Shown piece after piece: positions 1 through 10,930 of a DNA stretch of 64,000 bases. A program made the position numbers and the translations under genes. The notes beneath the pieces are model-generated. The model made no database searches and was not told the origin of the DNA. It worked only from the letters and a program-made list of their open reading frames with translations. This DNA is from Carcharhinus longimanus. Its lineage: Eukaryota. Location: assembly GCA_030264375.1 (NCBI GenBank), contig JASCQW010000133.1:6284803-6348802 (forward strand), read 5' to 3'. Positions within the stretch are counted from its first letter, which is position 1. The number at the start of each line of letters is the position of its first letter.

Positions 1-840
1 GTTTGAAGCAGGGGCCAAAACAATGGCTTCAATCTTCCCAATATTTAATGAGGAAATTTCTGCTCACCCAGTACTGCAAGTCAGATAGCAGTCTGATAAT
101 TTGGCAAATGTGGCAGAGTCAAGAGAGGTAGTGGTGGTGAAGAAGAGATGGTCAGCGTACATGTGAAAAACTTCCTTGTGTTTTCGCACATAATCACTGA
201 TGGGAAACACAGATGTAAAATGGGAGAGGGCCAAGGAAACATCCTTAGGGCACAGTGAAGGTAACAGTTCAAACCATTGCAAGTGGTTCTTTATCGACAA
301 TAAAATAGGTAACAATGAAACCACACAAGAGGAGTCCCACCCAGCTGCATGGCAGTGAAGAGGAACTAGAAGAGGATGGTGTGTCTCAATCATATCAGGT
401 TGCAGTTGATGAGGAGGAATAATCTGCCTTTGTCACTTTGGTAAACCATTCAATACTGTGCTCGTGGCAGAGATGTGCTTGGAGGGATTCAAACATGGGA
501 GTTCTGGGGAAAAACAGATGTGCATTTTGGAGGAAACAAGCTCAAAGGGCACTGGAGAGGAAAGGGAGGCTAGAGATCAGGTCGTAGTTTGCAAGGATGG
601 TGGCTCCAAGAGGTAATTTTCCAGATATATTTTGTTAATAATATTGGTTAATATGAGGACCTGGAGGGGCAGTTGGGTGGTCAACAATTTATTGGGAATA
701 GGCTTGAGGGAGAAAGAAGTAGGTCTCTGGGACAAGATGAGCTTGGAAGGGGAATGAGGGCAGACTGGAGATAAATAATAAACCAAGTTCAGGGCTAGAA
801 CAAGGGATGTTTGACTCAGTAACTTAGGTATGTAGCAGAG
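1..840 (-). mobile_element. Decayed L2-clade LINE fragment (reverse transcriptase region)
   Basis: ORF 64-393(-) contains FHMYADHLFFTTTTSLDS, resembling the L2 RT motif FHMYADDTQLYL; multiple stops and frameshifts. Confidence 0.7.
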
Positions 841-992
841 GCAGGTCTGGCAGAATCTGCCATTGACAAAGGGTCATCTGGATTTGAAATGTCAACTCTT
901 TTCTCACCTTACAGATGCTGCCAGATCTGTTGAGATTTTCCAGCATTTTCTCTTTTCATTTCTGATTCCAGCATCCACAGTAATTTGCTTTT
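841..992 (+). mobile_element. Penelope-like terminal repeat (family B) with a degenerate hammerhead core
   Basis: ttgacaaagggtcatctggatttgaaatgtc followed by cagatgctgccagatctgttgagattttccagcatt; short inverted copy gcaggtctggcagaatctg at the 5' side; related copies at about 37771, 44150 and 63057. Confidence 0.6.
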
Positions 993-1585
993 TTTTAAAA
1001 CATCATTTCTATAATTGTCCTATCAAGATTTATGAAATCTTTTTCTCAATAGTTATACTCTCTCAGTTCTGGATTCATGCCTGTAAATCTTTTATGCACT
1101 TTTTCCAGTGCACTAGATCTTTTTCCTAATAGGCAGCCTGAATTATACATACTGCTTTACCCTAGGTAAAGAGATATATAAGGAATTCCCATGAGTCTTT
1201 GAACAATACCATGGGATTCTTAATTACTGAAAAACGTTGCTACAGCACTGCCTTCAGTACTGCACTGAAATATCAGCCTCAGCTGTTTTACTCAGGTCTT
1301 GGAGCAGGCTTTAAACCCGAACCTTCAGAGTTAGCGATGAGTGTTACCACTGAGCCAATATCTCAAGGCAGACTTCTTCACAAAACTCCCTTACTATTCA
1401 AGGTCTTCCCAATTAGTAATTTTCCTAACTCTTGCAAAGAGACATTCTGCAATAGAATACTGAACATCAAATCTTTTTCACCTACATAACTCACTATTCA
1501 GCCCCCTTTGTGGGACAAATTCCTTTCCCAACAGCTTGCCAACAAATATTCAATCCTACCCAATCCCATTCCCCCATCCACTTAC

Positions 1586-1715
1586 TTTTCCCTCCTTTTT
1601 CTACATCTGATCGATCGCTGCCTGCAAACATAGAGACTGAGTAGCATCGGTACTGTGTTGAGAAACGATTCCGAAATGCATGCGGAATTGCCTGGTCGAA
1701 CATATTGAAGGCAAA
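1586..1715 (-). CDS. UFD1: UFD1 (ubiquitin recognition factor in ER-associated degradation 1) coding exon 2
   Basis: Translates FAFNMFDQAIPHAFRNRFSTQYRCYSVSMFAGSDRSDVEKGGK (human FSFNMFDHPIPRVFQNRFSTQYRCFSVSMLAGPNDRSDVEKGGK); acceptor ttcctccctctatag and donor GTAAG on the - strand; gene continues off the left edge. Confidence 0.96.
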
Positions 1716-1809
1716 CTATAGAGGGAGGAAAAAAGAGAATGAGGAAACGGTTGTCAAAAGAAAATCAAAATGCATCACATCAAGGAAAAATGTATTCACT
1801 AAATGATAG

Positions 1810-2125
1810 AGCATAGAATCCTACAGCGCAGGAAGAGACCATTCGGCCCATCAAGTCTGCATCGATTACAATCTTACCCAGACTCTATCCCCATAATCCA
1901 GTGCATTTACCCTAGCTAGTCCCCTTGACACAATGGAGCAATTTAGCATGGCCAATCCACTTGACCCACGCATCTTTGGATTGTGAGAGGAAAGCACAGC
2001 ATCTGGAGGAAACCCACAGATACGGGGAGAATGTGCAAACTCCACCCAGACAGCGACCCAAGCCAGGAATCGAACCCGGGTCCCTGGCTCTGAGGCAGCA
2101 GTGCTAGCCACTGTGTCACCGTGTC
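1810..2125 (-). mobile_element. HE1/V-SINE (tRNA-derived head, CR1-type tail)
   Basis: Reverse complement of ggtgacacagtggctagcactgctgcctca...gggttcgattcc (A/B boxes), V-domain gtgggtttcctcc, tail ending ttctatg. Confidence 0.85.
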
Positions 2126-2389
2126 GTCTTGTAAAGCTTCTATGGGCTTTACCAAAGGGAAGTCAGTAAATATGCTGGAAAGTTTCATTTATTCAGATCT
2201 TTCTTTCTTGTTTAAATACTCCAGATCCCTCTTTTCAGGCTCCTAATATTCATGAATTGCAATGACATGCAACACAAAGGCATCACAGTCGCGCGTTGTT
2301 CCTCTAAAGGCAATGACAAACTTCCAAGTTTTGGGTTATTGCAAAAACATAACAGCACAAACCCTATCCTCCATTACCGTCAGCAATTA

Positions 2390-2930
2390 GAGTCATAAGA
2401 ATTTCACAGCACAGAAAGAGGCCCTTTGAATCTGCACTGGCCACTAAGCACCTATCTATTTTCATGCATTTTCCATCCATTTTGGTCTTTAACCTTGTAT
2501 GCTATGGCATTTCAAGTGCTCATCGAAATACTTAAATGTTGTGAGAGTTCCCACCTCTATCCCCCTCTCAGGCAGAGAGTTCCAAATTCCCACCATCTGG
2601 GTAAGAAAGGTTTTCCTCCCATCTCTTATAAGTCTCTTGCCCCTTAACTTAAATCTAAACCTCCTGGTTATTGACCCTGATCTCCTGTTGAGGAAAAAAG
2701 TTCCTTCCGAGGCTCCTCATAATTTTATATACCTCAGTCAGGTGCACCTCAGCCAAGGAAAACAACCCCAGCCTATCCAGTCTCTCTTGATTGCTGAAAC
2801 ACTCCAACCCATGAAACATCCTGGTGATTCTCCTCTGCATCCTTTCTAGTGCAATTACTTGGTTCCTATATAGTGTGGTATCCAGAACTGCACACAGCAC
2901 TCCAGCTGTGGCCTAACCAGTGTGTTATAT
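2390..2930 (-). mobile_element. CR1 LINE 3' fragment
   Basis: ORF 2655-2900(-) contains ALERMQRRITRMFHGL...ERLDRLGLFSL, the CR1 ORF2 C-terminus. Confidence 0.85.
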
Positions 2931-3019
2931 GTGAGAGGTTTCAGCACAGAACTTTTGTCAGCTCATCACCCATATACAATCCCAAGCTCCATGCAGGAGT
3001 TCTGTAGGCACTGATGAGG

Positions 3020-3459
3020 TGGAGATGCTGGCTTTGGACTGGGGTAAACACAGTAAGAAGTCCCACAACACCAGGTTGAAGTCCAACAGGTTTATTTGGT
3101 AGTAAACACCACTAGTATTCAGGGCTTTTCCCCTTCATCAGGTAAGTGGGGAGTTCTGATCACAGAGCATATAAAGACACACACTTAGTTTACAGAATAC
3201 TGATTAGAATGCGAGTCTTTACAGCTAATCAAGCCTTAAAGCTGCAGACAACGTGAGTGGAAATAGCATTAAGCATAGGTTAAAGAGATGTGTATTGTAT
3301 TCTAATCAGTATTCTGTACACTGAGTCTGTGTCTTTATATGCTCTGTTTGTGATCAGAACTCCCCACTCACCTGACGAAGGGGAAAAGCCCCGAAAGCTA
3401 GTGGTGTTTGTTACCACATAAATCTGTTGGACTTTAATTGGTGCTGTGAGACTTCTTAC
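3020..3459. mobile_element. Fold-back Penelope-like element (family A) with inverted arms
   Basis: Arms 3053-3210 and 3299-3459 are reverse complements; flanked by actgatgagg (3010-3019) and actgacgagg (3463-3472), a likely target-site duplication. Confidence 0.75.
3369..3403 (+). ncRNA. Minimal type-I hammerhead ribozyme motif
   Basis: cac CTGACGA a GGGG aaaag CCCC GAAA GCTA gtg: conserved core, 4-bp stem II, palindromic AGCU stem III, CAC/GUG stem I. Confidence 0.7.
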
Positions 3460-3579
3460 GAGACTGACGAGGCCAGATATGATACCCATGGATGCACAAT
3501 GACGGTGCAGTCTCATCGTACCTCTCCCCTCCCCCCACACACAATGGCAGCGCCTCCCAGCTCACTCCGGATACTTTAC

Positions 3580-3582
3580 CAT
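3580..3582 (-). CDS. UFD1: UFD1 coding exon 1 (initiator ATG only)
   Basis: Minus strand reads aacATG|GTAAAGT at the edge of the CpG-rich promoter; phase 0 matches exon 2; the ATG-only first coding exon is as in human UFD1. Confidence 0.85.
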
Positions 3583-3599
3583 GTTTGAGTTGATCCTGG

Positions 3600-4090
3600 T
3601 TGCGATGGCAGACTAAGTCGTTAAGTTGTTTCCCTCTTTGCCCAATAATTGGGCCGTCGACACAAACAAAACCCCCAACTGAGCTGGCTGACTCCGCGAA
3701 GCTGCACTCCAGGGCCGGCTGGCAAAGGACGGGCTTCTATTGGCCAGTGGTAATAACGCTCAAACCTTATTGGCTGCCGCGAGGCGACCAATCACCTGCT
3801 CATTAACTGTCGTTTCCAGGGTCAGCGAGTCAATAAACTGACCAATCAGTGCCGGGGTTAATAGGGCCGGCGTGCCTTGATTGGTCGGTTTCCGGTCAGC
3901 TTTACCCAATCACATCACATTTGGTGACAGGCTACGCGGAGTTTGTGACGGGCGGAGCAGCCGGCGCCATGTTTGTGAAGGAGAGGATAGGCCTTAGCAA
4001 CCAAGCTGAACTAAACTGGAGGAGATATGATAGCGGTAACGGTCTATAGCCAATTACATTGCAAATATCCCCAATCAGTCCGGTAAAGGT
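3600..4090. promoter_or_regulatory. CpG-rich TATA-less promoter of UFD1 (possibly bidirectional) with a cluster of CCAAT boxes
   Basis: Ten CCAAT/ATTGG motifs (3642, 3648, 3739, 3769, 3788, 3842, 3880, 3906, 4050, 4071), GC box gggcgg at 3950, YY1-like cgccatgtt at 3965. Confidence 0.8.
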
Positions 4091-4175
4091 GAGAAGTGGA
4101 ATGCTTCATCTTTTAAAAAACGTATTGATTTTGAGAAAATACACCAAGTATAAAATCAATTTTTTTATATCAGTT

Positions 4176-4515
4176 TAGAGTTGCCAACTCCACAGCCCAT
4201 GATTGGTCTGAAGTCTCCAAAAATTGAAGATCAATCACTGCTCTGTGCAACCTTGGGGGGGAAAAAGGCACCAGGGCACTTGAAAAAAATGCTCTTTTTG
4301 TAATTTTCTTTGAACAGTTAGTTCTCGTTATCAGATATTTTAAAAAATTGAAGAAAGGAGACAGGCTGTTTCGCTGACAGTCAAACATCATCCAATATTT
4401 CTGATTTCAAATTGGCACAGGAAGGCATTGCATCACAAGGATGGACGTGTTAACCAACTAATGGCTGGAGACTGTTGTGGTGCAGGAATATGCTTACTTA
4501 CAGTTGGCAGCTCTA
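4176..4515. mobile_element. Non-autonomous hAT-type MITE
   Basis: TIRs tagagttgccaact and agttggcagctcta; 8-bp flanks tatcagtt and tatcaatg (6/8 match). Confidence 0.7.
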
Positions 4516-4760
4516 TATCAATGCATCTGAAGTGCTTCCCAAAGTTGTTAATATTCTCTGTTAGATGTGTTGAGGTATACTGACTAGCGTAATTTGCCAG
4601 CAAACTGATAACACCAGAGGAGAGGCATGATTTTACCACCCTTTCTGCTTGACAGATAATGAAGAATTTGCCAATTTTGTGAAACCCAGTAGACATTATA
4701 CATACAAAATGACTTGGCAATTATTTATGAAGTGATACCCCAGCTGCCTTCTTTATAACT

Positions 4761-5565
4761 TGTGAGAAACACAGCTCACAGTCAAAAAAATTTAGTCGAG
4801 TCAAGTTCCGAAGGAGCAAGACATTTTATTTAACATTCTTGCAAGACTGGGTGTCCAAAAAATAAGCACACCCTACATTGAGTTTAAGCAAGCATTTTAT
4901 ACTATTTTACAAGCATATTAATCAATTACAATATGTTGTTCTCCCCTAATTGGTGGTCTCTGTCCTATTAGTGAGTTGTCATTCCCCTATTGGCTCATGG
5001 TGCCCCACGTTCCCATCCCCTCTACTCCCCTTCTAACCACGTTTCTTGTTAACGCAAGAGTACGTATTATAGTGTTTATTCAATATTCTTACTTCATTAG
5101 TTCTCCCATCTGTCTTACCTAAAACTATTTAACATGTCCAGTTCAGACTGGCTGTAATCAATCTTCTGCTAACTTAATTACCGATGTCCTGACTATCTCA
5201 GTGTCCTTCTATGGTGTACAGATATGTGTTAACAGCACCTTTACCTGTTGTACTTAACTTAAATCATAGAATGATAAGTTTGTACTGGCTTAATCTCCAG
5301 CTCACATCTGAAACTTTTAATAATTCTTTGTCAAATAACTATAAGCTATCTTTTAAAAGAATGTATGGACCCATTTTCGGAAAAAATCTGTGGCAGAATA
5401 TTCCATATTATAAACAAATGCTGTGAAAAGATTTTTTCAGCTTCCCCAGCATCCCTTGTGCTCTCTTATTACCATCTCACTGAGAAATTGAAACAGTTTA
5501 CCATTGTTGTTCTAAACCTACATAATCTTAAATACCCCCTTAATGTTACCCCTTAAAAAGTCTCA
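4761..5565 (-). mobile_element. Putative solo LTR
   Basis: Starts tgtgaga and ends tctca; on the - strand CCAAT (about 4950 and 4990), TATAAAA (about 4895) and AATAAA (about 4825) lie in LTR order; flanks aact/aatt. Confidence 0.4.
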
Positions 5566-5724
5566 AATTATCTTGGTAACATTAAATACCTTTGTGATGT
5601 CATCATGCTATGTTATTGCATGTTGATGCTGCATATTTGTGTAAAGCTAAGCTGATAACTGGAACAAAAATGTAAAATTTGAGCTGAAACGACTATTAGT
5701 ATACATTATTAACTTTTCAGTCAT

Positions 5725-6135
5725 GATTCAACTCAGAGCTAAAAGTACACTCATTTGAGTTAGAAGATTGTGTCTTCAAGTCCCACTCACAAACATACAA
5801 TCTGGGCTGATACTTTGGTGCAGTACTGAGAGAATTGTTAGAGGTGCTGTCTTTCACATGAGACATTAGACCAAGGCTCCCTTTGCCACCTCAGACAGAT
5901 ACAAGGGGTCCGATGGCAATATTTGAAGGAGAGTGGGAAGTGTGCCTGTTGGTCATTCTCACTGCTGATTGTAAGAACATAAGATAAGAACCAAGCTGTG
6001 CACCAATCGAGTGCTGAATTTCACTGCTGCATTTCCCTCAATCACAATAGTAGCTACAGATCAAACAAGTTCCTCATTTATTTAAAGGACTATGTGACGT
6101 CCTGAGGTCACAAATGATGTGATATAATGCAGGTT
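5725..6135 (+). mobile_element. SacSINE1/Deu-SINE-like element
   Basis: ttcaagtcccactc B-box, gtgcagtactgag...gaggtgctgtctttc body, L2-like tail gacgtcctgaggtc; related pieces at about 1230-1360(-) and 36995-37130(+). Confidence 0.6.
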
Positions 6136-6459
6136 ATGTTCCTGTTCAAAGAAAAGCACTCCAGGCTCTGTGATAAAGCTAGTGGAAAATTGCTTCAATT
6201 ACTGAATGTTCCAGTTGAAAAGCTATTTTGTACAGCAGATTCCTATGTTGAATTGCTAGTTAACACTCATCCTATTTGAAATACAAGTAAATGGCTAATT
6301 TTAGAGGGATTACATCATTAAAATATTTTAGGCTGTCACCTTGTCTACAGGCAGTGAGCCTGTAGGTTCGAAGTTTATGAGTGGGGTGGTGAGCAAAGTG
6401 GCAAGTGGGGCAGTGAACAGGGCAGCACAATTAAGTTGTTGGTAAGTGTTCAATGGGCA

Positions 6460-6810
6460 CACAGCAATGATTTATTATTGTCACATGTATTGGTTTTCAG
6501 TCAAAAGTATTGTTTCTTGCTCTATACAAACAAAGCATACCATTCATAGAGCACATAGGTGAGAAGGAAAGGCGAGGGTGCAGAATATAGTGTTAAGTCA
6601 TAGAAAGAGCAACTTAATATAAGGTAGGTCCATTTAAAAGTCTGATGGCAGCTGGGAAGAAGCTGTTCTTGAGTTGGTTGGTATGTAATCTCACTTTTGT
6701 ATCTTTTTTAAACAGAAGAATGTGGAACAGTGTATGTCCAGAGTGTGTGGAGTCCTTTATTATGCTGGCTGCTTTTCTGAGGCAGTAAGAATTTTAGATG
6801 GAGTCAGTAG
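6460..6810 (-). mobile_element. Rex1/Babar-type LINE 3' end
   Basis: tttattattgtcacatgtattgg...gaagctgttcttgagt; same tail on the + strand at about 56745-56872. Confidence 0.55.
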
Positions 6811-6961
6811 ATATTACCTGCACTGCACATATGCCTAGTGGCAGAGTGAGTGCCAACATCACATTGGTTGCAGGTTGTTGACATCAATGGCACTGACTTC
6901 TTCTTCCAGTACGGTGGTAGGAGATGTGGTGCTTTTTTGCATTGCTGCTAGCCAGCATTAG

Positions 6962-7275
6962 CTGGGCAGCACAGTGGTTAGCACTGCTATCTCACAGCAC
7001 CAGGGATCTGGTTTCAATTCCAGCCTCTGGTGACTGTCTGTGTGGCATTTGCATGTTCTCCCCATGTCTGCATGAGTTTCCTTCAGGTGCTCCAGTTTCC
7101 TGCACAGTCCAAAGATGGTGCAGATTAGGCTGATTGGTCATGATAAATTGCCCTTAGTGTCAGGGAATTAACAGGATAAATACATGGGGTTACGGGGTTA
7201 AGACATGGGTGGGATTGTTATCGGTGCAGACCTGATGGGCCAAACAACCACCTTCTGTGCTTTAGGAATTCTATA
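6962..7275 (+). mobile_element. HE1/V-SINE
   Basis: gcacagtggttagcactgc head, V-domain, CR1-type tail. Confidence 0.8.
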
Positions 7276-7952
7276 ATAGAGAAGCTAGCACATAAAAATG
7301 GAAAGCATACTGTCTTAAACCACACACCAGAGTAGTTGCATCACATGAACCTGTTAGACACACAGACATAGTTTTGCTTATCATCCCTTTTGTCATTTAA
7401 TCTCTTACTTTCCAGTTTCTCACACACCTTCCAGTTTATTATCACTCCCTTTCCNNNNNNNNNNNNNNNNNNNNNNNNNNNNNNNNNNNNNNNNNNNNNN
7501 NNNNNNNNNNNNNNNNNNNNNNNNNNNNNNNNNNNNNNNNNNNNNNNNNNNNNNNNNNNNNNNNNNNNNNNNNNNNNNNNNNNNNNNNNNNNNNNNNNNN
7601 NNNNNNNNNNNNNNNNNNNNNNNNNNNNNNNNNNNNNNNNNNNNNNNNNNNNNNNNNNNNNNNNNNNNNNNNNNNNNNNNNNNNNNNNNNNNNNNNNNNN
7701 NNNNNNNNNNNNNNNNNNNNNNNNNNNNNNNNNNNNNNNNNNNNNNNNNNNNNNNNNNNNNNNNNNNNNNNNNNNNNNNNNNNNNNNNNNNNNNNNNNNN
7801 NNNNNNNNNNNNNNNNNNNNNNNNNNNNNNNNNNNNNNNNNNNNNNNNNNNNNNNNNNNNNNNNNNNNNNNNNNNNNNNNNNNNNNNNNNNNNNNNNNGC
7901 CGCGGAGCGAGGGAGTACCCGGGGGTTACGGGCTATATCAGCGACACGCACC

Positions 7953-8003
7953 ATGTTCGTGTCGGATTTCCGGAAGGAATTCTACGATGTGATAGTCAAT
8001 CAG
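7953..8003 (+). CDS. CDC45: CDC45 exon 1
   Basis: accATG; MFVSDFRKEFYDVIVNQ; donor CAG|gtgagg; CpG-rich context next to the gap at 7455-7898. Confidence 0.97.
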
Positions 8004-8251
8004 GTGAGGAGTTTATCGAAGAGGGAGAAGGCCGGTGGCAGGGGCTGGTACTCAAGCCTGGCCTCTGAAAAGCCGAGGCATGAATCTGCCCGCAGCCTAT
8101 AGTTGTTGACACTAGGAATTCGGCTCCCTCTCTGGACAACTTCCTTACGATTGAATCAGGTGCTATTTGGCGTTTAATATGCATAAATCAGACCCAGCTG
8201 TCACAGGTAAACATTTAGGGCATGCTGGACACTGGACAGGAATAAGCTTAG

Positions 8252-8788
8252 TTTATTAGTCACAAGTAAGGTTTACATTAACATTGCAATGAAGTTGCTG
8301 TGAAATTCCCCTCGTCCCCGTACTCCAGCACCTGTTCAGGTCAATGCACCTGACCAGCACGTCTTTCAGAATGTGGGAGGAAGCTGGAGGAAACCCACAC
8401 AGACACAGGGAGAATGTGCAAACTCCATACAGACAGTGACTCAAGCTCAGAATCAAATGTAGGTCCCTGGTGTAAAGGGGCTAAGATCATTGACATGCTG
8501 TGCTTGGTGAAGTCATTAGGTTACATTTAAACTTCCATTTGAAGCAACTTTTAAAAGCGGCATCTCGGCCTTTTGACTAAGATGCAAATAAGATAAAGCC
8601 TTGGAGGAGAGCTATGCCTACAATCAGGTTGGATCGTGTAGATCAAGCCCAAGACGGGATGTGAGAGCCCTGTCTTGTCAGCTTGGATCAGGAATGTCTC
8701 AACTTATTGAGACTTTGAATTGGATTTGATTGAATTGGAATAAAAACAAAAAGCAGCAGTACTAACCACTGTGCTATTGTGCTGCCCC
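8252..8788 (-). mobile_element. V-SINE with a Rex-like tail, split by an insertion at 8478-8749
   Basis: SINE runs to ccctggtgtaaag (8477) and resumes at aaagcagcagtactaaccactgtg (8750). Confidence 0.8.
8478..8749 (+). mobile_element. PolyA-tailed retroposon with U2 snRNA 5'-end-derived motifs (candidate SINEU-like)
   Basis: 8563-8583 tctcggccttttgactaagat matches U2 TCTCGGCCTTTTGGCTAAGAT at 20/21; second motif ggctaagatca at 8479; AATAAA plus A-rich tail; AAAG duplicated at both ends. Confidence 0.65.
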
Positions 8789-8879
8789 TTGGGTGAATAT
8801 TGCCGCCTTTTGTAAACAAACAAGAATAAAGGTAATAATTAATTAATGGAAAATCTGTGTTCATTTTCTTGATAATGAA

Positions 8880-10930
8880 ATCACTGAAAAAGCCAGCGTT
8901 TATAGCCCATCTCTTGATGCCCTTGAAGGTGCTGTGAGTTGCTGCCTTGAACTGCAGCAGTTCATGACTGCCAGTGCAGCCAGGTGTTAGGGAGGAAAAT
9001 TCATGATTTTGATCCAGCAACAATGAAGAAGCAGCAATGTGTTTCCAGATCAGGATTATGGGTGTGTGGCTTGGAGTGGAACTTGCAGGTGATAGTATTC
9101 CCATTCATATGTTGCCCTTGTTCATCTTGGTGGTGGAAGTTGTGGGTTTGAAAGGTGATTTTGAAGAAGCCTTGGCATGTTACCAAGATTGGTGGAACGG
9201 CAAATTGTGTGGAGAGTCTGCAGAAGGATCTAGATAGGCTGGGCGAATGGGCCAGGAANNNNNNNNNNNNNNNNNNNNNNNNNNNNNNNNNNNNNNNNNN
9301 NNNNNNNNNNNNNNNNNNNNNNNNNNNNNNNNNNNNNNNNNNNNNNNNNNNNNNNNNNCGTTGAAGTGGTGGAGGCTACCTCGCTAAATATTTTTAAGAC
9401 GCGGGTTGATAGGTTTTTGATAGGCAAGGGGATTAGGGGTTATGGGGAGAGGGCAGGAATGTGGAACTGAGCCACGACAGATCAGCCATGATCTTATAGA
9501 ATGGCAGGGCAGGCTCGAGGGGCTAGATGGCCTACTCCTGCCCCTATTTCTTATGTTCTTATGTTGTAATGTGCGCATTCTACCACTGTGTTTGTAATGG
9601 AAGGAGAGAGTACTTAAGATGGTGGATAGGGTGCTAGTCAAGTGAGTTGCTTTGTCTTGAAGGATGTTGAGCTTGAGTGTTGTTAGACCTGCACTCATCC
9701 TGGCAAGTGGAGAGCATTCCTTTATAATGTTCAGTTTTATGCCTTGTAGCTAGTGAATAGACTTTTGGAGGCAGGAGTTAAGTTACTTACCACAGGATTC
9801 CCATCTTCTGACCTGGTTTTGTAGATATGTATTTATATGGCTGGCCCAGTTAAGTTTCTGGTCAGTGAAAACCCCTGCAATGTTAATAATGGAAATTTAG
9901 TGATGGTAGTACTGTTGAATGTCAAGGGTAGATGGTTAGCCTCACTTTAGTCGGTGATGTTTCTTGCCTGACATTTGGGGCACAAATGGTGCTTGGTATT
10001 TATCTTTGCAAGTCTGTTGCATGTGGACACAAAGTGTATTTCAATCTCTGAAATGTTGTAAATGGAATTGAACGCTGCAATTGTATGTAAACAGCTCCAC
10101 TTCCTACTTTATGTTGGACGGAAGGACACTGATGAAGCAAGTGAAGATGGTTGAGACCAGGACCTCACCCTGAGGAACTCCTGGAATGATTTATTGAGGC
10201 TGAGAACATTGACCTCTATCCACAACCACCGTCTTTTGTGCTAGGTATGACTCCAATCAGTGAAGAATTTTCTCTCTGATTCTCATTTATTTCAATATTG
10301 CTATGGCTCCTTGGTCAAATGCTACCTTGATACCAGCAGTCACATTCACCTTGTGTCTCAAGTTCAGTGCTTTGTCCATGTTTGGACCAAGGCTGTAATG
10401 AGGTATGGAGATCAATACACCTGATGGAATCTAAACACCATTTTGGTGAGTACGTTGTTGCTGAGCAAGTGCTGCTCATTCACAAACTGAACATCTTGCT
10501 CCATCACTTTGCTGCAGATTGAGAGAAGACAGATTGTGATAAATGCCAAATTGGGTTGGCCTATCTTTTATGGACAGGACACAGTTGGGCAATTTTCCAT
10601 GATGGCAGTGCTGTAGCTACGCTGAGGCTGGAGCTAGTTCTGGAGCAAGGTGTGAATACTACAGTTGGGAGGTTGTCCAGAGCCTTAACTTGATGTAACC
10701 AGTGCACTAACCATTTCTTGATATGACATATAGTGAATCGAATTGTCTGCCAAATATATTGGTGGGAACCTCGGGAGGAGGCAGACTTGGATAATCCACT
10801 GAACACTTACGGCGGTAGATAGTTGCAAATGCTTCATCCTTGTCCTTTGCATTGAGCTTTGGCATCATTGTGGATAGAAATGTTTGTGGAGCCTTCTCCT
10901 CCAGTAAGTTGTTAATTATTATCACCACCA
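8880..10930 (-). mobile_element. Decayed CR1/L2-superfamily LINE, interrupted by a younger CR1 (about 9183-9565, + strand, spanning a gap)
   Basis: WKIAQLCPVHK and KDKDEAFATI motifs in - strand ORFs; CR1 tail cctactcctgcccctatttcttatgttcttatg at about 9530-9563. Confidence 0.7.

Noticed and set aside
3969-4049. ORF starting MFV like CDC45 at the UFD1 promoter
   Set aside because: Similarity ends after three codons and the frame stops early; the true exon 1 is at 7953, and the motif is explained as a YY1-like site
8555-8749. Functional U2 snRNA gene
   Set aside because: Only about 21 nt match; no branch-point recognition sequence, Sm site or 3' stem-loops
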